From an uncultured Acidobacteriaceae bacterium (lineage in GTDB: Bacteria > Acidobacteriota > Terriglobia > Terriglobales > Acidobacteriaceae), in NCBI GenBank assembly GCA_963816335.1, contig CAWFKA010000009.1, forward strand, positions 360,392-424,391: a DNA stretch of 64,000 nucleotides, given 5' to 3'. Shown one piece after another: positions 42,991 to 50,766 of this stretch; position 1 is the stretch's first letter, and each line of letters begins with the position of its first letter. The translations under genes were made by a program, and so were the position numbers. The notes beneath the pieces were generated by a model. That model saw only the letters and a list, made by a program, of their open reading frames with translations. It was not told the origin of the DNA and did not search any database.

Positions 42991-43130
42991 TCGGTACTAT
43001 AGCGGCACACGCGTCAGCTTCTCCACTTTTGCAGGGATTACGGCAAATTACTTCAAATTAGGCACTTAGAGCGTTTCATAATTACGCTGAATTTCTCTCT
43101 ATTTTCCTAAACATACAGCGATCTTCGGAA
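42991..43130 (+). repeat. conserved att-arm block (type 1, tRNA-proximal arm)
   Basis: TCGGTACTATAGCGGCACAC... starts exactly 140 nt upstream of the tRNA fragment and is homologous to 25259-25398. Confidence 0.7.
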
Positions 43131-43184
43131 ACTCAAAATCCGCCGAGGGCAACCTCATGGGGTTCGACCCCCGTCCCGGCACCA
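43131..43184 (+). repeat. partial tRNA-Leu copy (anticodon loop to CCA), att core
   Basis: ACTCAAAATCCGCCGAGGGCAACCTCATGGGGTTCGACCCCCGTCCCGGCACCA matches the resident gene except for two 1-nt deletions. Confidence 0.85.
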
Positions 43185-43224
43185 ATTAAATCATAGAGTT
43201 AAGTTGATACCAACTACCCGATGC

Positions 43225-43256
43225 CCCTTCGCTGTGCCCAAACCGTGCCCGAACGG
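43225..43256 (+). repeat. att-arm motif type 2 (GTGCCC direct repeats)
   Basis: CCCTTCGCTGTGCCCAAACCGTGCCCGAACGG. Its 12-mer CTGTGCCCAAAC recurs at 55487-55498. Confidence 0.5.
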
Positions 43257-43855
43257 CTAAAGATTCGATCTAATCAATTCTAGGTTCAGAGCTGCTAAGG
43301 ATCTTTCCGAACAGAATCTTCAATTATTGGAACGGAATTCTATTACTAGTTCGCGTGCAACTTCGAGAGCAGTCGGAGAGCCGATGTCTTCCTCTGCGCC
43401 CAGGGACAGCGAGGCGGAACATAAGCTGGTGGCGAACTTCGCCCGTGCTCCTCGATTGGCCATCAAGGCGAGGGTCTCGTGAATCTGCTAGCCGCAGTGC
43501 TTTCTAAGCGGAGCGTGCGAACGGCCCAGGCTTCTTCGCAAGCACCTGGGGCTCTCCAGCAGCGATCGATGCAATGGGCAGTTCTTCATTTGCAGCAACA
43601 CCAAAAGTGGCCCCTCAATCGGGATGGTGCATTTCGAGCCACACAGCGATCGCGACGCCCAAAATTATTGCGCAGGCTACTATGATGATAGCCGCAACAA
43701 GCTCGCGCGGCTTCCAACGTATTGCTCGCACTCTCCGCTTACTACCACGTCCTAAGATAATTTGGCGAGACATGCGCTATCCCCTAAGAGGGCGACTTGG
43801 AGCCACTTCGAGATTGCGGCTCCAAGGCCAATCGTTGGTTTGAGGGAACGTCCCG

Positions 43856-46567
43856 CTAAAAGTGAAAACCAATCTCGCCCGTCAGGGCCCGCGGCGTAAC
43901 GTAGTGTGTGCCGCTGAAGGTCGAGAGAAAGTTGTAAAGTGCGTACTTGTTTGTCACATTGATGGCCGTGACACGCGCGCTCCACCTGAACCGGTCGCCA
44001 CGGAATAGGTTGTCGTCGCCCAGCGTCATATCGAAAAGGCTACGTGGTGCGATGCGCGGCGGATTGTGGTCATCGTTCTCAGTGCCGGGCGCGGGTATCT
44101 GGATGAGGTTTGAGCCGTACTGCGATGGAGCGCAAGTAGTCAAAGGATTTGCCAACGTTGCGCGCTGACTGCCACAAAACAGTCCGGCTTGCTGTTGTTG
44201 ATCGGCGGTGAGAACCGTCAGGTCGACTGGCGTCGTCGTATCCGTTGCAAACGGAACCGCACCAGCGACAAGCCCGCTGTCATATCTCCAGTTGAATCCA
44301 AACCATGGCAGGTTTTGGAACGGCTGATATTGCAGATGCGCAGTTGAATTGAATTTCTCATCATGATCGATGCGGAACGGGTAGCCGCCGCTCTCCACGG
44401 TTGTACCCAAGCCGCCAATCTGCGGAGGGAAGAAGCGTGCCGCAACACTGGAAAAGACGAAGAAGCCCGTGAAGCCATGAACAGTAGGGACGCTAACTCT
44501 TCCTGCGTAGCCCGTGATCTTTGAGTTATGCCAGTCGATCGGGAAGGTGATTGGTGTGAGGCCCAGGACGCTGAAATCATAAGAGTCGTGCGTGTATTTC
44601 CAGATGTATTCACCGCTGGCGACGACGTACTTGCCAAATGCCTGCTCGAGCCCGGCGTGGAATTCATTTCGAAAGCCGGGATTGAATGCTGACGGTACGC
44701 AAGGAACCAACGCCGCAATTACCTGATAATCACACCCGGTAGAGGAAAGCACCAGGTTTTCGTTAAACGGCGTCTCTAGTGTTCGTGCGTAAGAAGCTCG
44801 CAGCACCGTGTTTGTCTTTGCGACATTGTATGCAATACCGACACGAGGTTGTGCCGATCTCGCAATTGCAAGCCCGTTGTAGAGATCCCCACGAATTCCT
44901 ACATTGAAACTCCAGTTCTTCAATGTTATCGAGTCCTGCAGGTACAGAGCGAGTTGCTTCACGTCTGTATGTCCAAAGAATGGATAAAGAGTACTGGTGC
45001 CGGCGCAACCGTCCGAACCAGCCGGGATTGGACGAGTGAGGTCGTAACAGCCGAGCAATGGATTGAACGGAGCAGTGGCGTTTGGATTGTCGGCCGTATT
45101 CGGTTGATAGCCAGCGGCGGCGCACTGCGAGGGGTCATTGAAGCCGGCGACCGGTTCGCCATCGCTGTCAATGCAGGGTGAGTTCAGCGAGGGATCAACG
45201 ATTCCAAGGTAGTCGTATTCACGCAAAAATGTCTGCTGGTAGACGGCTCCTAACTTGATGTTGTTTATCCCTTTGACATACGAAAAATCCGAGCGCAGGC
45301 CGGCATTGAGAAGAGTGCGGGCCTGGGAGACTGTTTCCTGCTGTGAGCCTGCTGTGAAGTCGGAAAATACGTCGGAGCTGGGGTAGTAGTTGTACCAATC
45401 CTTTCGGACAAACGCGCCGAAGTTGAATACTTTATCCGAGCCGATGACCCGAGTGTAGGTGGGTGCGACATTGAAAGTAAGAATCGAAGACTTCTGGTCT
45501 GTCGGGCCGACAGGCGCGCCCGTGATGGGGTTGGTTGAGCCGACATTCAGGTTGTCGTATGAGTTAGGCGTTTGGAACCATGAGCGCGTAAACCCAAGAT
45601 TCAAGTGGAGCGCGTCGGCCGGGGTCAGAACGTAGTCCACGCGGTCAAACACGTTCTCTTCGTTCCCTTTGCTATGAAAAACGCTGAACTCCGGCCCGTC
45701 GAGAAAGCGTCCGCTGTTCAGTCCGCTTGCTGCAATGAAATTTCCCCAATTCTGTTTGCCATAGGCAAGATCGAGGCCCAGAGTTGATGAACCAAACGAG
45801 CCATAGGAGGCGGTCACGCTGCCGGTGGGCCGGTCTACTCCTTGTCCGGAGCGCGTCACCACCTTGATGACAACGCTGGTCTTGTCTCCATATTCAGCAG
45901 GCGGAGCACCGGCGATCACCTCGAGGGATTGAATGGATTCCGCCGGAATCTGGTTGGAGAAGACCTTGCTTTGCTGATCTGTAATAGGCTGCCCATCTAC
46001 AGAAAAAGAGTTTTGAGCATGGTCCCCAAGCCCGTGAAAAAGGCCGTTTGAATCCGCCGCAATGCCCGGTGTCGAGAGTGTGACCAGCGAACTGACAGAC
46101 GACGAGGTACTCTCAAGAGGTAACTTGTCGAACAGGCCACGATCAACGTCGGTGTGGAAAGTGGAATCGTTTTCGACTAGATCTTGACCACCCTCCACGG
46201 TAACGGTTGTGGCCGCAGTTGAGATCTGAAGGGGAGTGTTCAGACTAATAGGCACGACTGACCGAACATCCACATCTTTCGCAACCGACCCGAAACCAGA
46301 TGCCGTGATGCTGACGTGATAGGGATTGAACGGTAAGTTGGTGAACTCAAAGTGACCGGTAGCATCGGTTTTAGCTACCCGGCTATATCCGCTGACAGGG
46401 TTTTCGAGAGTAACAGTAGCATTGGGCACAACGGCGCCGGTTGAATCGGTGACGACACCTGAGACTGTTCCCGAATTACCAACGGATTGCGCATCCAGGT
46501 GCGTGATAGCAAATGAAAATAAAAAGGCAAATACAAATACGACACTGCGTCGGATAGACGTGTGCAT
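43856..46567 (-). CDS. TonB-dependent receptor (CarboxypepD_reg N-domain)
   Basis: 903 aa: signal peptide, GTVSGVVTDSTGAVVPNATVTLENPVSGYSRVAKTDATGHFEFTNLPFNPYHV, plug, barrel and a C-terminal GEIGFHF. Confidence 0.9.
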   Translation of the reverse strand: MHTSIRRSVVFVFAFLFSFAITHLDAQSVGNSGTVSGVVTDSTGAVVPNATVTLENPVSGYSRVAKTDATGHFEFTNLPFNPYHVSITASGFGSVAKDVDVRSVVPISLNTPLQISTAATTVTVEGGQDLVENDSTFHTDVDRGLFDKLPLESTSSSVSSLVTLSTPGIAADSNGLFHGLGDHAQNSFSVDGQPITDQQSKVFSNQIPAESIQSLEVIAGAPPAEYGDKTSVVIKVVTRSGQGVDRPTGSVTASYGSFGSSTLGLDLAYGKQNWGNFIAASGLNSGRFLDGPEFSVFHSKGNEENVFDRVDYVLTPADALHLNLGFTRSWFQTPNSYDNLNVGSTNPITGAPVGPTDQKSSILTFNVAPTYTRVIGSDKVFNFGAFVRKDWYNYYPSSDVFSDFTAGSQQETVSQARTLLNAGLRSDFSYVKGINNIKLGAVYQQTFLREYDYLGIVDPSLNSPCIDSDGEPVAGFNDPSQCAAAGYQPNTADNPNATAPFNPLLGCYDLTRPIPAGSDGCAGTSTLYPFFGHTDVKQLALYLQDSITLKNWSFNVGIRGDLYNGLAIARSAQPRVGIAYNVAKTNTVLRASYARTLETPFNENLVLSSTGCDYQVIAALVPCVPSAFNPGFRNEFHAGLEQAFGKYVVASGEYIWKYTHDSYDFSVLGLTPITFPIDWHNSKITGYAGRVSVPTVHGFTGFFVFSSVAARFFPPQIGGLGTTVESGGYPFRIDHDEKFNSTAHLQYQPFQNLPWFGFNWRYDSGLVAGAVPFATDTTTPVDLTVLTADQQQQAGLFCGSQRATLANPLTTCAPSQYGSNLIQIPAPGTENDDHNPPRIAPRSLFDMTLGDDNLFRGDRFRWSARVTAINVTNKYALYNFLSTFSGTHYVTPRALTGEIGFHF

Positions 46568-46610
46568 ACGATACCCCCCTCAAATGTTGATCGAATGTTT
46601 CTTCCAGGAT

Positions 46611-46937
46611 TTAGGAGAAAGCAGGCGAGACAGGAGGAGGTCGTGTGTAGAGGGCGAAAACGGAAAGAGTAATCGGGGTGTGCGGACGAAGAAAATCGAC
46701 AATCCGGACTACGTGCCGGACGACGACCGGGACAACCGCAGGTGTTGCAGGCGAGATGACGACGTGGGCGGTTGTGCAAAGAGAGCAATCGGAATGCGAA
46801 ACATTCCCCGACTCGTGGCCGTGCGCCACCTGAATGGTTCCACCAAGAATAACGAGCGCCACGCACAACACGCCGAGCAGCAGACGTAGAGTGCCGTGGG
46901 ATCGCCGGGGGAACGTCAGGCGCAGCATAGCTAACAC
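46611..46937 (-). CDS. small membrane-anchored Cys/His protein (DUF2946-like?)
   Basis: 108 aa with TM LRLLLGVLCVALVILGG, then HGHESGNVSHSDCSLCTTAH, ending ...LYTRPPPVS. It lies immediately upstream of, and co-oriented with, the TBDR. Confidence 0.5.
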   Translation of the reverse strand: MLAMLRLTFPRRSHGTLRLLLGVLCVALVILGGTIQVAHGHESGNVSHSDCSLCTTAHVVISPATPAVVPVVVRHVVRIVDFLRPHTPITLSVFALYTRPPPVSPAFS

Positions 46938-47037
46938 TATAGCGCAGTCAGCGCCGAGTTTGTAAAGAGCACCAAGAGGTCTTGACTTCGTCAGAATTCA
47001 CTCGATCAAGATCTCTGGTGCAATGCGAGAACACGAA

Positions 47038-47064
47038 GCTGCGAGCGGAAAGCCCGCTCGCAGC
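47038..47064 (-). terminator. hairpin GCTGCGAGCGG-AAAGC-CCGCTCGCAGC, candidate terminator
   Basis: 11-bp perfect stem. On the reverse strand it is followed by TTCGTGTTCTC, and it lies downstream of TBDR 47280. Confidence 0.4.
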
Positions 47065-47235
47065 AAGCTTCGCTAGACAATCGAGGCGGACAGAGATGGT
47101 CCGTGGGCCAACAAGAAAGCTCAAGAGGGCAAGCTTTCTATTTCCCCACGTCTTTCGTAGCGTTCGGCAGTTCAACCAGCGCAACGGCCTTTAACTTCCC
47201 CAAGGTGCAGGCAAACCAGAACTCTTAACTGTGAT

Positions 47236-47273
47236 CCATGCTGCGCGGTTGCAGGTTCGTCCGCGCAGCATGG
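47236..47273 (-). terminator. hairpin CCATGCTGCGCGG-N12-CCGCGCAGCATGG directly after the TBDR stop
   Basis: 13-bp perfect stem 7 nt beyond the stop at 47280, with no U-tract. Confidence 0.35.
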
Positions 47274-47279
47274 CTTCGC

Positions 47280-49568
47280 TTAGTACTTGAATCGGTAGCG
47301 GATTTCGCCATAAATCTGCCGAGGATCGTTGTAGTGGAAGCCGCCGAAGGTAAGGCTGTTGTCGAGCAGGACCCGATGATTGGTCACGTTGAGACAAGTT
47401 GCGGAGAGCGATATTCGTTCGCCGAAATCCTTTGCGGCAGAGAGGTCAAAGGTGGTGTGTGAAGGCAGGTAGGCTCCTGGGTAAGGAGACGGCGGATCCT
47501 GTTGTCCGTTGGTGAATCCCGAGCCGTAGTAAACGTTCGTTGATGCGTAAATGTGACTCGGCAGAGTCGCATTAAAACCGACATTCAGGGTGTCGCGCTG
47601 ATCATGGTCCACCGGGGTGTAGTCAAAGCCAGAATCACATGCCGTCGATCCAACAGGAGTGCAGATGAGTCCGCCGGTAATGTTCCCGCGTTGTTGTGCA
47701 ATCTGGTTGGAATAGGCAAGATGAGCCTGCCCTAAGCGCCAGATGCGTGGCGAACGAAGGGTCAACTCCCAGGCCTGGATGAGTGCCCCATCCACCGTGA
47801 CGGGGTAATAGATGCTTGAATTGCCGATATTGGAGTGGTCGAGGAAGTTGTTCACCCTATTCTGGAAATGATCTGCGTCGAGAAGCCATCCCTTGTACGG
47901 AATCTGCACGCCGAACTGATACTCCTCATCGCGCTCTCCATAGAGTGGAACAAAGGCTGTGTTATTGGCGTTCGCATAGTCGACCACCGGCCCTGACGCT
48001 GTCAGCAACGGGGGCGGCTGATAGTACTTCCCCCAGAATCCACGAAACACCCAGTGGAGCTTCGGTAGCTCGAAGGCAATCCCAAAACGGGGATCGATTT
48101 GGTGTTCCGTGATGTCGGAAACGAAATTCGACTGACGAAGGCCGGCTATGAGTGTGAGCCAGGGAGTTGCCTTGTAGTTGTCAGAGATGTATTCCTCGAT
48201 GAGGCCGCCGCTGGCTGAGTCTGTAGTGCTGAAGTTCTCAAAGCTGCCGTCGTTGAAGATGGAGCCGAACAGATAGCTGTCGTGTTGACCCCAGCTATAG
48301 ATGCCGGCTTGAATTGTGTTCCGAGCGATATTGGTGTTAATTCCAGCTTGCAGTCCGCCGTAGTTGGTCGTCCGATCCGCGGTCGTGGCGACGGGGTAGT
48401 CATTCGGGTTAGCCGAGTAGTTGGCGCTGTTGTAGTGGTAGAACGGGGAGACCTCAAGCATGGTTGCTGCGTTGAAAGTATGTGCCCACGTTACGGCGGT
48501 CATTCCATCCGTCTCATGTTGTCCGTCTCGCAGTCCCTGGGAGGGATAGAACTGGTTCTGGTAGCTGTTGGGGTCTGGATCATAGGGAATCTGAAAGTAG
48601 TCCGCACGCAGCTGGCCGACAACACGGAGCTGGTCCTGTGGAGTACGGTTATAAATCAGCGAAGTGAAACCGCCATAGCCGTTGGCAGCATCGTGATAGA
48701 CCTCGCTGATGGGCGGCGATAGCCCGTAGTCGGTACGATTACCGTTGAGGCTGGCGTAGTAAGCGAACTTCTGTGTGTGGCCACCGAAGCTCAGTTGGTC
48801 GTTGGTCTGCCAGTAGTTGCCGAGGCTTACGATCAGTTCGCCTTCATGGTCGCGTTCAAATCCGTTGCGCGGCGCAACATTGAAGACACCGTAGGTCCGA
48901 TCTCCCACATCGGCGGCATAACTACCCCGCTGTATTTCCAGATAATTGATATCTTTTGGGTCGATCTGAGGGCCAATGTTGCTGGCGATATTTGTGTTCG
49001 GAATTTCGACCCCGTCGATCAGCCAGCTCACTTGATGACCACCGCGAATGTGGAGCATGTCGTGGGTCATGTAGGCACCTGGAACATAGTCGGTAATCAT
49101 CTCCATTCCGTAACTGCGGCTCGCCCCCGGAGTCTGCGTGATGTCTACGTGGTTCACGGTAGTTGTCGGAGTGGCGGTGTCTACATTTGTGACGTTTGCT
49201 TCCGCCTCTGCCGAGACGGACTGCTGCACGGTCGCGATCGGTAACTCAAAGTGCAAAATGGGCGAAGTCCCCGAGGCAAGCATCACGAGTTGTGTCTGTG
49301 AGGCAAAGCCAGGCTGAGAGACCGTTAGTTTGTACTCGCCAAAAGAGACGATCTGAAAGCGGAAGGCTCCGTCGCGATCAGTCTCAAGAGTTTTTACCAA
49401 ACTGGAATTGACGCTCGCTAAGACGACCTTGGCGCCGGAGATTGGGCGGTGCTGCGGATCATGAACAATTCCCTGCACCTGCCCATAGACCGTAGCGTGG
49501 GCACGATGCGCCGAAATTATGAGGACGAATAGAAAAAAGACCGGGAGAAGCAATGCGAACTTGCGCAT
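47280..49568 (-). CDS. TonB-dependent receptor (CarboxypepD_reg N-domain)
   Basis: The start is taken at ATG 49568 (MRKFALLLPVFFLFVLIISAHRAHA). It has GIVHDPQHRPISGAKVVLASVNS...DGAFRFQIVSFGEYKL, a plug, a barrel and a C-terminal EIRYRFKY. The 5' extension in the track ORF is Arg/Pro-rich and not protein-like. Confidence 0.9.
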   Translation of the reverse strand: MRKFALLLPVFFLFVLIISAHRAHATVYGQVQGIVHDPQHRPISGAKVVLASVNSSLVKTLETDRDGAFRFQIVSFGEYKLTVSQPGFASQTQLVMLASGTSPILHFELPIATVQQSVSAEAEANVTNVDTATPTTTVNHVDITQTPGASRSYGMEMITDYVPGAYMTHDMLHIRGGHQVSWLIDGVEIPNTNIASNIGPQIDPKDINYLEIQRGSYAADVGDRTYGVFNVAPRNGFERDHEGELIVSLGNYWQTNDQLSFGGHTQKFAYYASLNGNRTDYGLSPPISEVYHDAANGYGGFTSLIYNRTPQDQLRVVGQLRADYFQIPYDPDPNSYQNQFYPSQGLRDGQHETDGMTAVTWAHTFNAATMLEVSPFYHYNSANYSANPNDYPVATTADRTTNYGGLQAGINTNIARNTIQAGIYSWGQHDSYLFGSIFNDGSFENFSTTDSASGGLIEEYISDNYKATPWLTLIAGLRQSNFVSDITEHQIDPRFGIAFELPKLHWVFRGFWGKYYQPPPLLTASGPVVDYANANNTAFVPLYGERDEEYQFGVQIPYKGWLLDADHFQNRVNNFLDHSNIGNSSIYYPVTVDGALIQAWELTLRSPRIWRLGQAHLAYSNQIAQQRGNITGGLICTPVGSTACDSGFDYTPVDHDQRDTLNVGFNATLPSHIYASTNVYYGSGFTNGQQDPPSPYPGAYLPSHTTFDLSAAKDFGERISLSATCLNVTNHRVLLDNSLTFGGFHYNDPRQIYGEIRYRFKY

Positions 49569-49668
49569 GGACAAATCGACCTCCGCACCACGGGTGTGGC
49601 GAGCGTAGCAATGAATGAGATTGCAAGAGCGAGCCCGAACCGAGCTTTGACGAGGCGTGGTAGGAAAG

Positions 49669-50055
49669 CTAGAGGAGGAGGCTGGGAGGGCCGCGCTTCT
49701 GGCGGCTGCGATCGAGGGAGAGGCGATAGAGGGCTTCAGTCTGCGCGTGAATCGCGGGGTGACTGGCGATCTGGGCGTAATGGGTGGCAGAGGCCGCGGG
49801 CGCACCGTGGAACGGGAATGACGATGCAGTGACTGCGCGTGGGTAGAAGGCGCAGCGTTGCGGTGTCTGGCGCGCCTGGGTTCCAAGGCCCGCTGAGCGC
49901 AGGGCCCGATCCGTCATGGTGCAATGATGGTTACCATCGCGGCGGCAGCACGCCGGGAGACTTGCTTCGGGGTCGGAAGAAGAAAGCGCGAGGAGCGGCG
50001 CGGCCATGAACGAGCCGATCAGAGTGAGCATCAAAATGGCCGTAAATCGCCGCAT
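49669..50055 (-). CDS. small secreted Cys/His protein (paralogous in layout to 46611-46937)
   Basis: 128 aa from ATG 50055 with signal peptide MRRFTAILMLTLIGSFMAAPLLALS, then ACCRRDGNHHC, ending ...LYRLSLDRSRQKRGPPSLLL. It lies upstream of, and co-oriented with, TBDR 47280-49568. Confidence 0.5.
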   Translation of the reverse strand: MRRFTAILMLTLIGSFMAAPLLALSSSDPEASLPACCRRDGNHHCTMTDRALRSAGLGTQARQTPQRCAFYPRAVTASSFPFHGAPAASATHYAQIASHPAIHAQTEALYRLSLDRSRQKRGPPSLLL

Positions 50056-50766
50056 GGAGAACGTAGTGTAAGCGAGATCACACGCAAGACGCAATTTGCG
50101 AGCCTGCCTGGAGTGAGGGTTGGCGCGCCATTGCGAACGAACCACCGCGGCAAAAGGACATCGCAGTTCCCGTCAAAGCGCACCTTGCTTGTCCGAATTA
50201 CGCATTATGCGACGAGGGGCTGTCACGATTCCGCAGTGATTCAGACGTTCGACATTCCGCAAGGCTGGGTTGCGCCCGGGCAATTGCATCACCGAGGCAA
50301 CTCTCTGCGCAAGTAAGCAGCAAATCAAATGCGTCCGTTATCCTGGACGACGGGTCAGCGGAAATAGGGCCTACACCAACCCTAGCCGCAGGAGAAGGTT
50401 ACTGGGCCTGGTTGGTCACGGAGGGCACTCGAAGTGCTGATCGTAAAGATGGGTAGCATGAATTTGGAAAAGATGTTACTCTAACGTTTCCCCGGCAGGA
50501 TGTCTCTTTTCGACTGGAATTTGCATGCAGCAAGTGGGAAAACTTCGCGTTGCGTCAGTGGGTTGCCTCCTAAACGGCTGACCGAATGGCCCTACCCAGA
50601 GATTCTCTTTGAGTTCGGTGGAATCCTGCTTTGCAACTCCCTCCCTTGCCCAATCGGCCCGGCTCCTGTCGAGTGACTGGATCCAAACTCCTGTTTGTTG
50701 TTGTTGACCGAGCGGACACGTTATACCCCAGAACATTCATTTGAAGACTCGGAGGCAGGGAGATTC

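Larger units (their letters stand above)
25455..43184. mobile_element. inferred integrated island E2 (integrase-less), bounded by the first and second partial tRNA copies
   Basis: Type-1 arms lie at both ends (25527 and 42991). It contains an IS66 remnant, a recombinase-type HTH remnant and several pseudogenes. Confidence 0.5.

Noticed and set aside
50316-50766. Cobalamin riboswitch upstream of TBDR 50767 (AAGTGGGAAAAC and GGTGGAATCCTGC resemble B12-element pieces)
   Set aside because: The two pieces are about 80 nt apart instead of adjacent, and no B12-box (GCCACTG-type) was found. The resemblance is probably chance.
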